DNA from: Trichosphaerium sp. ATCC 40318
Taxonomy: Eukaryota > Protista > Tubulinea
Assembly: GCA_038496445.1 (NCBI GenBank)
Contig: JALMLS010000061.1
Location: 92,434-156,433 of the forward strand
DNA length: 64,000 bases
Direction of reading: 5' to 3'
Of this stretch, positions 1-11,989 are shown piece by piece (positions within the stretch are counted from its first letter, which is position 1; each line of letters opens with the position of its first letter). The position numbers were made by a program, and so were the translations under genes. The notes beneath the pieces are model-generated. The model did no database searches. It was not told the origin of the DNA and saw only the letters and a list, made by a program, of their open reading frames with translations.

Positions 1-705
1 GATAAGAGAAATGGACAATATAAGGCATATTATGAAGATGGAACACTTAAAAACAAGTCACATTTTGTTCATGGTTCCAGAAATGGTATTCTAAAACAGT
101 GGCATGATAACGGACAAATTGATATGGAATGCATTTTTATTGATGACAAGGAGAATGGTGTGTTTAGACAGTGGCATAGAAATGGAACTCTTGAAGTTCT
201 TTGTATAAGTGTTGATGATAAAACAAATGGTGAGTATAAGCAGTGGTACGATAATGGGCAACTTGATTATCAATGTAACAAAATTGATGATAAAAAGAAT
301 GGAGAGTACAAAAAGTGGCATAGGAATGGTCAGTTGTGTGAGGTATCTTTTTATGTTAATGATAACAGAAACGGAGAGTACAAACGTTGGCATGACAATG
401 GTCAATTATTTCAGACTTGTTATTATGCTAATGGCAAGATAAATAGTGAGTTTAAACAGTGGTATGGAGATGGAAGGCTTCACATAAATTCAACCTTTGT
501 TCAAGATAACCGAAATGGTGAAGCCAAGGCATGGTACAATAATGGACAACTCAAAGAACAATCTATGTGGGTAGAAGGCAAGCGACATGGTGAAACCAAG
601 ACATGGTATGACAATGGACAACTCAAGGAGTTGGCTGTTTACGTTGACAACAAAAAGACTTGTGATAACCAAAAATGGGATAGAAGTGGACACCTTATTG
701 TCTAG
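1..705 (+). CDS. MORN-variant (YwqK-like) repeat protein, 5' end outside window; probable F-box-MORN family member
   Basis: Frame is open from base 1 (DKRNGQYKAYYEDG...) to TAG at 703-705, with about nine 24-aa repeats of type G.YK.W..NGQL; no intron. Confidence 0.85.
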   Translation, partial: DKRNGQYKAYYEDGTLKNKSHFVHGSRNGILKQWHDNGQIDMECIFIDDKENGVFRQWHRNGTLEVLCISVDDKTNGEYKQWYDNGQLDYQCNKIDDKKNGEYKKWHRNGQLCEVSFYVNDNRNGEYKRWHDNGQLFQTCYYANGKINSEFKQWYGDGRLHINSTFVQDNRNGEAKAWYNNGQLKEQSMWVEGKRHGETKTWYDNGQLKELAVYVDNKKTCDNQKWDRSGHLIV

Positions 706-1610
706 AGTGATATCATAGCAAGCACCAATAGCAAGAAAATCAATAAATAGTAAATATCAGTTAGAACTCGATAGAGTTTTTCGGTAGCTTGTCCAACACT
801 GAGGAGTAAGTTTGAACTTAAATGAGGTATTGGGAAAAATGTACAGATTGTGAATTTGTTAGGTAACTTGCAGGAGACTTCAACCGCTGGCTGTACTATC
901 TTTATCTATTGTATTTTGTAAAGACTGAGTGAGTAGTATGCCTCAGAAGTATCCGGAAACATTTCACCATACTTGAAAGAAAGAGTCTTTAATTGTCAGT
1001 GCAGGTTTGAGGGATTCTGGTATTTCAATAAAAAGAAGGTGAAACAGACGGTGAATCTACTTTGAAGCATGCAGCATGGCAGCAAGTTCATAGTTCTTTG
1101 CCGGGATATACCTTATGTCTTTGGATGGACGATGAGTACCCAGACCGTACATTTGACATTAACACGTGCAAGAGTTAGGCATTCTTTTTCCAAACGTTGC
1201 TCATCGTGGCTGTGGTGTATTCTCGTTGCTTGTTCATTGGTATCACGTGCAACGAGGAACAAGTGGTTACTGCCACTGCGAGTAGTAATTTGCACTCATG
1301 TATTTACAGACACAAGCTTACAACAAGCCACATGCGCCAATAGGTTTGCAAAAAAATAATGTATTTTACGTTTTAATGATGTTTTAATAACTGCGACGCG
1401 TTGAATGTGCCCAGAAATGTATTGCGGGTGAAGTATCTGGCTTTAACACTCCACTCCAATTAAAAGCTGTTGTAAGCTGCTATTTCGTAGCCTCGGTTTA
1501 GTAGCCCTTTGATCCTTTCGTACCCATGACTCCAATTGTCCGTTAAGGCAAGCAAAACACAAAAGCTACCAATAACGCCTCTTAATCAGCAAGAGCGCTA
1601 GAAAACCACA

Positions 1611-2759
1611 ATGGCCAGTACAATAGCTGATGTGAGAGTCTATCCTGAGTTAAACGCCAAATTAATATCTCAAGGCGCTGAAGCAGTACGATACATCATT
1701 TCTAGATAGTTTTTGCTTGATTGGCATCAAAACATGGCTAAAATGATTTAAGCGCATTTACACTTGCACGTACATGGGTCAATCAGCAATAATCAAGGAA
1801 AGATTTACAAAAACATACAGACACCCAACTCTTGACCAAAAACTAAACACACAACGCTCCAACGCCGTAAGCGAGCCTAAAACTGTATAACACACCGCCA
1901 ACACGTTTTTTTAGGAGGCAACTTTACTTTCACGCGTCCGGGGCGTGGGTGTCGATGCACCAACGCTGTACCTTGTAGATCCAGTAAATTGGCGCATTAT
2001 AATGGAGAATGTACAAGGACAAACAGTCAAAGCTCATCTTCTTGACCACGGCAACCCTACAGTACAAGGTACGTGTAATTTGTAATATGAGATGCTGACA
2101 AAGCCCAAAACGGAACCCAAAGCAACTTAATTTTCCGAAATTACAATTTTCGATAGCTAATTCTTTTTTGTTTGTAACAGAGTTGAACGACCTTGCAATT
2201 AAAATTGGTAACGCCCTCGTAAAGCTCCATGACGCTGGCATAACTCATGGCGATTTGACGACCTCAAACATGATGCTACGTGACTCCGGTAGTATCGTGA
2301 GTGCTTCTGCGTTTCGTTTAACCCAATGACTGTCATTAGGCTATGATTGATTTTGGACTCGCTAGAATCGATTGTCACCAACCTGAAGATAAAGCCGTAG
2401 ATCTATACGTTCTAGAGAGAGCATTTCTAAGCACACATCCCGAGTTAGGATCTTTGGTACGAGATTTAAAATAAAATTTCTCCAAATAAAAAAACATGTG
2501 ATTGTTAACAACTAGCGTAGTTTGACGACATCATATCGCACTACGTCAAGACATCAAAGAAAGGTAAACAAGTGTCGAAGAGATTAGAACAAGGTACCAT
2601 TTTATTAAACGATAACACATGCTTAATCACACAAAACAATGTTTCACATTTATTCAATAAAATTTTTTTATTTTTGCTTCGGCGTTTTTTCTTGTTTGTG
2701 TTCTAAAACTATTTCTTTTAGTGCGATCAAGAGGTAGAAAAAAGCTTGCTTTTGGTTAA
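1611..2759 (+). CDS. BUD32: Bud32/TP53RK (PRPK) atypical kinase of the KEOPS complex, multi-exon
   Basis: Spliced translation gives [57 protein letters not shown] and C-terminal [12 protein letters not shown]; GT-AG introns. Confidence 0.95.
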
Positions 2760-2955
2760 ACATAGCGTTCTTAAAAGTTGACGAAATTCTATCGCACATT
2801 GTAATTATATAAACGACAACTTTGTTTAACGCTTCGTGCACGTGGGGAAAAGAAGTTCGCTTTTTATTTTGTTTGGAAAGTTCGCAAGGAAACAACGCGT
2901 AGAGTGGCTTAAAGGTTTAAGTCTATAAGCCTACCTAGGGACTACTTGATTCACA

Positions 2956-4162
2956 ATGGAAGTGTCAGAGATACCAACAACTGTATGCAATAGTTAGGTT
3001 GTACCTTTTCCTCACAACGTTCTGTAGATGCAATTGAAGAGCCAAGAGAACATATCTACATTCCTAGAGGATGAAATAACGTAATAACTAGTTGCAACAG
3101 AGTGCAACAATAGGTTGACGCACTTTAGTGTTGTTCATAGCACAGCTGCATCTCAAGGCAGACTAAGCTCGCAAGGTACAGATAGCACAAAGCGACGTTC
3201 ATTCACATTCTTGTAGAGTTGGATCATTTACTTGCCGTCCGAGACGAGCTACGAGGACATACCATATCACTACGTACAGACAAGATTATGGTGAGTCAGG
3301 TCTTCTTTTTAGCGAGTGTCCCAACCCTTTTTTTAGAGAAAATATTGGAATAACAGCGTAGAGCTATCAATCCAGAAGCTATCGGAGGCTATAAACGAGT
3401 ACGCGTTTTGGAATAAGACATTCGCGTAGTGGCAGTTTCCGCTACGTGTTCACAACACAAATCAAAAAATTTTCAAAAAAAACAATCTTTGTTTATCCTT
3501 TAAAATACCACTAGCCCACTTGCATTATACTTGCTACGCCAAATATTTAGAAAAAACGACTTTGTAGTGTCTTTTACGAGCGCTAAAAAGCAGCCGAAAA
3601 AAAATGGTACACATCATAAAACGACACCTCTCATCATGACCCTCAGATGAAATAGATCAACATAGTACATCATCACAAGAAGAATTCTTCTTAGATGACC
3701 AAGACTCTTTTTACCCTACTCAGAATGATGATAATACCAGACAGCACAAGAAACCTAAGAAATCGTACGCAAAGACACAAAAAAAACTTTTTTACTTCGC
3801 ATCGCGATGATGTTGTTTTTTGGTTTGTTTGATCTTTTGTGTGTTGATACAGTTGCGTAAAGTAGGTCTAAAAGGAAACGTAAGGCAGTGGACTTTACAA
3901 AATTTTTTGAGGAGCCTAGTTCACCGCTTTTGTTCTCTCGAAATCTCCTATAAAACAACAATAAAGAAAACTTTAGGAACTTTGAATTAACCGGTTGTGT
4001 TTTTATTTTTTTTTGGAACACTAAACGTGACATATGTAAAACCGTGCTCTTGACAGTGCACCGTGGTTTAGGAATTCTATCACGTTTTTTTAAAACACAC
4101 AATTTTTGTTTTTATTTGTGTACGATAGTAAGCGAACCAAGCGTTTCAGGACCATCGCCTAG
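2956..4162 (+). CDS. Small multi-exon hypothetical protein (acidic middle, basic C-terminus)
   Basis: ATG at 2956, a series of GT-AG-bounded exons, plausible last exon SKRTKRFRTIA*; no recognisable family. Confidence 0.45.
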
Positions 4163-4511
4163 GCGTCTGGTAAACTATTGTAAATAAAACGAAGACACCA
4201 CGTGGAGAGTGGGAGTTTTTGGGAAGAAGGTGCTGTTGATAGGGATCAATTGAGGACATCTGTTCAAATACAATAAAACGATTTATTTTTACGACGTTTT
4301 TCAGCGCTGTTGTTACAATTTAAAAGTTATACAAGGGTTTTAATGTTCTAAAATACACAAGAGCCAGTGATATGTTACCAGCGTGTGATCTTTTTCAGAT
4401 TCTTCCGGTTTTTCTTAGTGTGAAACCAAAAAGAAAGACCGAAAAAATCCAAAAAAAATTGACTTACACACTTCTTTTTTTCTGTTGTTATCAAGATTCT
4501 TTTTGGCTTCC

Positions 4512-6549
4512 TCAGATAGGAGCATCCAATGCAGTGTAAGACACATGGTTATTGCGCTCATCACGATAGAGAGGATTCAAAAAGTCTTCATAGTATGAAG
4601 GTGTAACGTTCATCGGGTCGAGGTTGTAAGGCGAATATTGCAACATATCATTGTGTTGAGGTGCTGTGGCTGTTGGTACTGTAGCGTAGTAAGGAGCGGG
4701 TAAATCAGAACCATATTGCATAGAGTTACTTTCATGAGAGTAAGCGTATACACTCAGTCCGCATCTAAAAGAAAAACTTAGAAGACTTCAAAAAAAAAAC
4801 CGACAAATTGATATGTTTTGAAAAAAAAGGAATTGTTTTCGGAGAAGACCGAAAAGACTTATATTAACGAAGAGAATAACTTACGGCCAAGACTGAGAAG
4901 CATTGTGTTGCAGTGGAGGTACATCTTCTTGCTTAATCATCAACTCGTCTTTAAACTCTTGTGGTTCATACTTCATAACAATATCTTCTTCATCAGTTTC
5001 CGAAATTATCTCCTCTTCCATAGAAGCTCGTGGTGAGTACGTCTCAGACCAATCAGAGTCAACTGATATAGTACGGCCACGTCTGTTTTCTTGTGGGAAA
5101 AAGTCGGTATTTTCGAAACACGTTGGTAGTTCGCTCATGCTAATGCTTATGCGTCTTCTTTTGGCAGGAGAAGGTGGTTCTGTCTTAAGTGCGCTTTTAC
5201 TTCGGCGTTTTTGCCGAAGCTTCTTAGTCTTGCGCTTAGACCCGTCGCGTTGTTCGACTAGACGCTTTAGGGTGGAATTCCAATGATTTTTGATGGCGTT
5301 AGCTGGTCTTCCGGCTAAAAGCTTCGAAATGCACGTCCACTGATTACCAAGCCTCGAGTGTGCTTCGATAATGATGTCATCCTCCTAAAATCTTTGTCAG
5401 GTCGCATTCCGTATTGAACGAAAAAATCATTCGATAAAAAAAACGCATTTGATAACGAAAACAAATACAACACCGGCATTTAAGTCCGTAACCCCAAAAA
5501 GGAAAGAATTTGCCAAGTTTAAAAAATACTCTTTTGTAGTTTTAGTAAGAGGGTTTTTTGTCACATCTATCGGATGAATGTATACATACCTCCTTTGTCC
5601 AAGCCTCTTTACGGACTTCAGGCGATAAATGATTAAACCAACGTTCACGGCATTGTTTACCTAACAAACATGATTAGGAGCAATATTTACATGATTTCGA
5701 CGCGTTTGATAAGACTTTAAACGTTATCTAACAAAAAAGTTTTTTTTTGTGAAACCTTGTCTTTTTGTTTTATTTTTGAACCACTGCTGGATTACGTGTA
5801 GTTTTATGCGTTTGCGTACCCATTCTAACCTTTCCTTGTAACGCCATTTGGCATGCGATTGCGCTCCAGTCTCGTGGGCCGAATTCACTCACCAAGTTGC
5901 CTAGTATTTCATCTTCCTATAGTTTTGATTATTAGTGAGTATGTGCAGTAGTATTTTTAAATATGAGAGGTGTGAGATTGAACTACGCGAAAAGAAATGG
6001 GCGTGTTTTTTTTTATAAATCGCGAACACATGTGTTTGAGCGATTGAATGTTCACAAACAAATACAAAAACAACAGCGTACGTGTTTCTTCCATGGACCT
6101 TTGACCAATTGAGGGTGAGTTTTATTTTTCAAAGCTTGCGCAAGCTCCTTGTGATGATCAATTGAGGGCGCTCTAGGCCTGTAATCCTAAACGGCTTTAG
6201 TTAGTACATGAGACGAAAACACCAATCTTTTCGGCTTCAACAAGTTGAAAAGTAAGAAAACTGCGTCAGATAGCATGCGCAACACTTTGTTAAACACATC
6301 AGTGGGCATCTATCAAAACGTGACAAGAAAGGCCGTTAAGCTCCAAAACAAACTTGTTTGCGCTAGTAAAGTTTACAAATGTAAATAAAACGACACGCGA
6401 AGTGTTTTTTATGAGTTCCACCGCTGATTTGTTTTTTTTGTTTTAACAGCGAAATTTCTACAAAACAAACGTACGTCATCGTTAGTGCGTGGGTTTGGTG
6501 CACTTTTTGAACGTTTGCTACTTCTTGTTTTTGTTTTGTTTGAAGCCAT
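4512..6549 (-). CDS. R2R3-type Myb transcription factor, multi-exon
   Basis: [62 protein letters not shown]...[17 protein letters not shown]. Confidence 0.93.
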
Positions 6550-6640
6550 TTGTACGGAATTGTATGTTGGTTATAAAGGATTGTATAGTAGAAAACCTAT
6601 TGTAAAGCTTTGTTTTTATGTTTCTCAAGCTCTCTCTGTG

Positions 6641-6770
6641 TAGTGGTTAACGCTCTTTTGTATTTTTATGAATTTTATTTTAGTGTGGCGTTTCACTTTT
6701 GGAAAAAAACCTGACTTTACACTGATATGGACAACTCGTAGTATTTCATAACCGCTTGGTCATGATAAAC
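6641..6770. repeat. Dispersed ~130-bp repeat, copy 1 (upstream of Myb)
   Basis: TAGTGGTTAACGCTCT...CTGACTT.ACACTGATATGGAC.ACTCGTAGTATTTCATAACCGCTTG.TCATGATAAA also occurs at 28267-28380 and reverse-complemented at 59048-59159. Confidence 0.85.
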
Positions 6771-7363
6771 GCGTTTTTGGAAAAAAGTCGTTTTAAAATG
6801 AAAAAAAACGATCGTACAAAAAAAAAGATTCTAAACACTGTTGTCATGCATATAAATAGTATTTGACAGCGTATCACAAGCATTTAATTCGAAAGTTCAA
6901 AAACTATTTCAAAACTCTTGTTTTAGCGACATTTTTTTGACTCCACTATCTGTTTCGGGTAACTAGTCTCAAATAGCTATTAAAAGACATTTTATTAATA
7001 CCTTGGTGCAACTCGCGCTAACAAAAATACGCCTTGTAATACTTTCCAAACTTGGTCCAAGTGCTATAACTAACTCTAAAAACACTCCGTAGGCACGTAC
7101 ACGCGGTTTTGTAAAAAAAAAAACTCGTATAATTATCGGCGTTCGTAAAAAATAGCGCTATCCTGATTTGTGTGTATTAGCAAACCCTTAAATAAACTCC
7201 TAGAACACACTACCATACCTTTAAGATTAAAACTAAGTCGTTTTTGAAAACGAAAAGAGTAATACTAACGAGTTAAAGACGAAACACGAAAACAAAAAAA
7301 GCGCAAAGAAAATTGTTTTTTTGTTGTTGTTTGTTTACCTGTTCTTTATTAAGAAAACGGACA

Positions 7364-9433
7364 CTATGTACGCCTCAGGGAGTTATAGTCAGGTGCTATA
7401 GACTCTCCTAGGCCGTATAAAACGCCTAAAAATTTATCATCATCTATACAATCTTCGAAATACTCCCTTCGCATAGCGAAGAATGTGTCCAGAGTAAGCA
7501 AACTGTCACTACCAGCTTGATGTTGTGGTCCTATACGCTCAACCTATAAAAAACATCAACAAGCAATTCCACAAAAACCAAAAACAAAAAAAATCGATTG
7601 GATTTTTTTCAACCTGCTTTGTATTTTTTTTTTCTGTAACACTGTTTTTCAGTTACTATTAGAATTATTTATGCGTGTTTTTATAGAAAGAATACATTTT
7701 GAAGCAGTGAAGACGAAGATTTTGATTTTTTTTTTTTTTGTCAAAAGTCCGAAAAACGCTCCAAAAAGTATCTTCGACTAAACAGTTGTGTACACTATCA
7801 TGTGCAACAACGCTTAAAAAAAGTCTGTAGCTGTAACTCCTTATCGGGAATATACCCTAACTACAAATACTGCAAAAAACGGCGACTGAACAAATAAAAG
7901 ATCGCAATTGTGAACCGATTTAGTATTTGCAAAAAAAACCAAAAAAAAGCAGTTTAGGAGTTTTGGATTGATCACGATTTATCAGGTAAGTTCTTAGTTT
8001 AATATAGCATCAAATGATGCTATATTTTATGAATATTAAAGAAACTTATCAAAAAATGTATTTAGGAGGTAACAGAGATGTAAAAAAGCGGAGATCTTTT
8101 TTGTCATTTATGAAAAAAAATTGTAAAAAGAACGCACTGAAAGTGTATCTGCTAGGTCCTGTAGTCCTCCTTTTAGATTTTTACAGCTTTTCATGAGGTA
8201 CTTCATATCATAAATGCGTTGAAAGTATGTTTTAGTATCCTCAAAAAATTTCTCCTCTGTTGCTGGTAATGGCTTGTTTGTCAATACTTTCAAAAGATAC
8301 CTATTGATTTATGTGAGTCACATAATTTTTTTCGATGTTTCAAAGGAAATTAAAAAAAATCAACCTCCGCCGTTATCGCAAGTAGAAACACAAAAAAAAA
8401 AGATTCACTTCGTAGTGGAATTCTTCTTTTAAATTAATTTAGTATTCTTGTACCAGAAACGTGTAAAACATTACAAAAAAATGCCAGAAAATAATAAGAA
8501 AACATTTTGACATATTCAAGTCAAATGACATTTTGTTTTTTTCATCGTGTACAATTCAAATCGTTTAAATTCTTCACTTTGTTTTTCCCCCGCCCTTGTA
8601 AGTACTGCTTTTATAAGATAAATAAACTACAAGGCATTTCTGTGGCGTGGGGGAAAAAACAAGTAGAGAATTTGAGCGATTTGACTGGTGCGTTTAAATA
8701 AATCAGTTCTTACCCAAAATCATATCCAGAATGAAAAGAAATCCAATTAACATCATTAAATAGTACAATACCGGATTGAATCATCAATTCAGCAAAACAC
8801 TCTGTATCAATACCATACTCTGACATTCGATCAAAATTAATGCCAGAATGTGTCAGCAAGTCTATAGAGTCCTGTGCATACATATCCTCGCTAAAATGTT
8901 GTTAATTAAAACAAAAGACACAAACGAACGCTATTTGTAATTCCTGCGTTTAAAAATGAGCGTACGACGCTCTTTTAGTGTTGTTTAGGCGATAAAAGAT
9001 ATAGTTTGTGATGAATAAAGCGTTTTCGGCTTTATCGTGGATAACAGTGTAGAATCGTATTTAAACATTGTGCACGTACCCTATATCAAATTTAAAGTTA
9101 AACTGCCATGTTGATACACCTTTGGGTGTATTTCCTTCGCCGTCCGAGAACGTTAATCCAAGTTGTATAATTTTTAGTAGATCTACATTACATCGTAGTG
9201 TTTGGTAGTGATAGTCTGAGTTGTTTTTAAAGCTACCAACTGGTCGGGCAACTACACCTGGAAATTCTGTGTCCTGTATTCATTATTTAGGCGATTTTGC
9301 CAATGTGGCACAGTTTAAGATGGTTTTTGGTGCGAACCATGGCAATATAAGGATAATCCTCAACCACATCGTATATTTTTCTAAATTCATCTTCTAGGTT
9401 CTCCTGCCACACATCCAGTATTTGGTCGCACAT
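7364..9433 (-). CDS. CAF1: CAF1/POP2 (CNOT7/8) DEDD deadenylase of CCR4-NOT, multi-exon
   Basis: [70 protein letters not shown]. Confidence 0.97.
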
Positions 9434-9590
9434 TTTTACGTTGTTTTTGTTCTTACGCTCTTGAATTTGTTTTGAGGTAAGTCCTGCAGTGCTTGAGTGC
9501 TCGTTGGTGTGATTGGCACTTACTTACTTGATTTTACTGGACCGTAACGTGTTGCAAAATTATTATACATTACCTGGATACCATCACACT

Positions 9591-10306
9591 ATGGCGCTAC
9601 TAGCGAAGGACCAAGTGCAAAGCATATTTTCTAAATTAACGTACAGTAATTTAACGGATGTTATGGCTGCAATCGAGCAAAAAGATCTGTACGCGTATAT
9701 TAAGAGCTATGTGCGAAGTCTTAGCTCCTAAAGAATAGTTATTGTGGCGTTTGGAATCGATTGGTGTATGCCAACTACTAAAATGTGCGTTCCAAGCGCG
9801 GTTACAAAGAGTAGCGCGTGTAGCGTATTTGGCTTGTTTTTTTTGACTAACGATTGTTAAGGATTAAAGTGGTGTCGGCGCAAGGTCACAAGCGTGCTGC
9901 TAATAAAAACGTCAAAGTTAAGGTGTTTGCAATTAACCAAGAAGAGAATGCAGCATTTTGCAAAAAAGTGGGCATTATAGGTACCTACGCGATTGCCATT
10001 AACCCTACTGCGCCACATATAACTTATTATCTATCAGCTGGTTGTCCAGTCGTAATGGTTTACATTGGACGAGTAAGTTGTGAATTTGAGCGTACTGGTT
10101 GGCCAGACTCACCTAAACTAGTAGCACCTTTGAATAAATGGTACCAGAACGCTCTCAAAGAAACAACAAAAAAAGTTTTGACATTTCGTTAATTGTTTTA
10201 ATTTTTACTGTTTTACAGGCAAGCAGAGGCACTCGTAAGTGCTGCTGTTGCGGCTCAGAAATCAGGAACATATAGGCTATCAGCTGACGAAATATTGAAT
10301 CCATGA
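9591..10306 (+). CDS. Thioredoxin-fold protein with WCMPT motif (single Cys), multi-exon
   Basis: VIVAFGIDWCMPTTK...VKVFAINQEENAAFCKKVGI...GCPVVMVY resembles thioredoxin topology including the cis-Pro. Confidence 0.6.
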
Positions 10307-10336
10307 GAAGCCGTTAAATACAGATAAGAGAATGAG

Positions 10337-10956
10337 TTATTCAATTTTAACTTCTTGGTTAAAATGTCCTCCAAGCTCAGATTCTAATAAGCCTAGAAAC
10401 GAGTGTCCATCGCGTGTATTGTACCATGCCTTCTTTTCTGGATTCCAACTGTATCGTTTTGGGCCACTAATACGATAATAAGCACGTGGTGTCGTATTTG
10501 AGTTGTAAATAAGTAAATACGATGAAATCGATTGAATTCACTGCTTAACGCCTTGAAATGCGCCCGGTGTTGCTTGTAAATATAAAATAAGTTTCTGTAC
10601 CTGAATGGTGATGAAAGCCATATTTGTTTATTTGGTCCTTGTTTATTTATGACATAGGTACCTTTTTCACCTAAGCACAGCTCTACGACGCCTTCTGAAG
10701 GTTCGTTTACTTCAAAATTGCTGTCAATATCTTCAAATGCTTCGCATACGCCTGTAATTTGGCTAATTGTCTCATTGGCTACGTTATGGAACTGTGTGTC
10801 TGATTCAAAGCCGCCTTCTTTTCTATTATGGATTTAACACCTTAAAAATGGCCTAAATACGCACGAAACACAATAATAACGTGTAGGTTTTGTAATTGTT
10901 CTACATTGTACTTGTTTTCGCTGTGAAACGCGCGGATTCAGGACTGCACGCCACAT
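10337..10956 (-). CDS. FXN: Frataxin (mitochondrial Fe-S assembly)
   Basis: Arg-rich presequence, then [26 protein letters not shown]. Confidence 0.95.
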
Positions 10957-11582
10957 GATGCAGTTTACAACCTGTACTTAGTCTACTTATCATTTTTATT
11001 TGCTTGACTACGCCAGAACTTGTGTTGTTTTTTGATGGCTAGTCTTGGTATGGATATTGCGGACACCACTAAGCAAGTTTCCAGGTTGTTCTAACAACTA
11101 TTACTCAGCAAATAGTAAGTACGCGTGACAAAGAATGACAGGCGTGTGGTCACGTGTCTCCCTTCAATATGCGATATGATAACAAAGCTACAAGATACAC
11201 TGGAAGTTGAGAAGTGTGCACATTTCAGAAGACGTGAGTATGCTGAAAAGTTGTATGGAGGTAACAATAGTTATGCTGATAACTATTGAAGCTTGTATTT
11301 CTACGACTGACACTTGAGAATTGATAATGGTAACAGGTACGTTACATTAGCATAGTTGTGTTGAAGCTCATTTAGTACCGTGGTTTTTCGTGCAAGACAA
11401 ATAAACCAGATTTAGAATGGTAACACCCATTTAAGGGAAAACGACAAACATCCCAATGAATGTAATATGTCAGTATGAAATAGAGGTACAGAATGGAATA
11501 CGTTTTAGGTTATTTTCTGGATTAGGTTGTTATCTGGTTTAGGAAAGCGGAAAACGTACTTAAATACTCTTAAAACCTAACA

Positions 11583-11934
11583 ATGCAACTCCTATCTGTT
11601 CTCTCCTTTTCACTTATCGTACAAGGCGGATCTTGGAATCACGGCGCTGAATATCATTGCCCAGACCTACCTGGTAGAACTTGGCAAACAACTCACATTA
11701 TTACACCAATACAATACCATTCGTACGAATCGCTTGATGTATACATTCGATACCAATTTAGTTTGCTACTATGACAATGGATATGTTTGGACGACACCAG
11801 TAGATGTATACGCTGCGTCTGTTCAACCAGGTGCAAGCGGTGTATGGGCTTACTCTCATGGTCTCGGTGATAACGTTCACAAAGTCACTTGGTGTGCTAT
11901 TGACAGAGTACAATGTAGAATTGGTCTAGATTAG
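11583..11934 (+). pseudogene. Small putatively secreted protein split by an apparent frameshift near 11735
   Basis: Signal-like N-terminus MQLLSVLSFSLIVQG; two overlapping ORFs 11583-11774 and 11734-11934; no splice I found restores the frame. Confidence 0.3.
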
Positions 11935-11989
11935 AAGAAACCACACTGATTGTTTGTCCAATAAAATGTATTTGTCTCAAAACACTTAC

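Noticed and set aside
91-693. Antisense and alternate-frame ORFs over MORN and LRR genes (e.g. 91-405, 209-442, 23466-23720, 31665-31871)
   Set aside because: Shadow frames produced by repetitive codon usage
702-1527. Possible minus-strand multi-exon gene between the MORN gene and BUD32
   Set aside because: Exon-like pieces exist, but I could not build a consistent frame or recognise a domain
6636-6660. tRNA gene suggested by A-box-like TGTAGTGGTTAAC
   Set aside because: No B box or cloverleaf; it is part of the dispersed repeat
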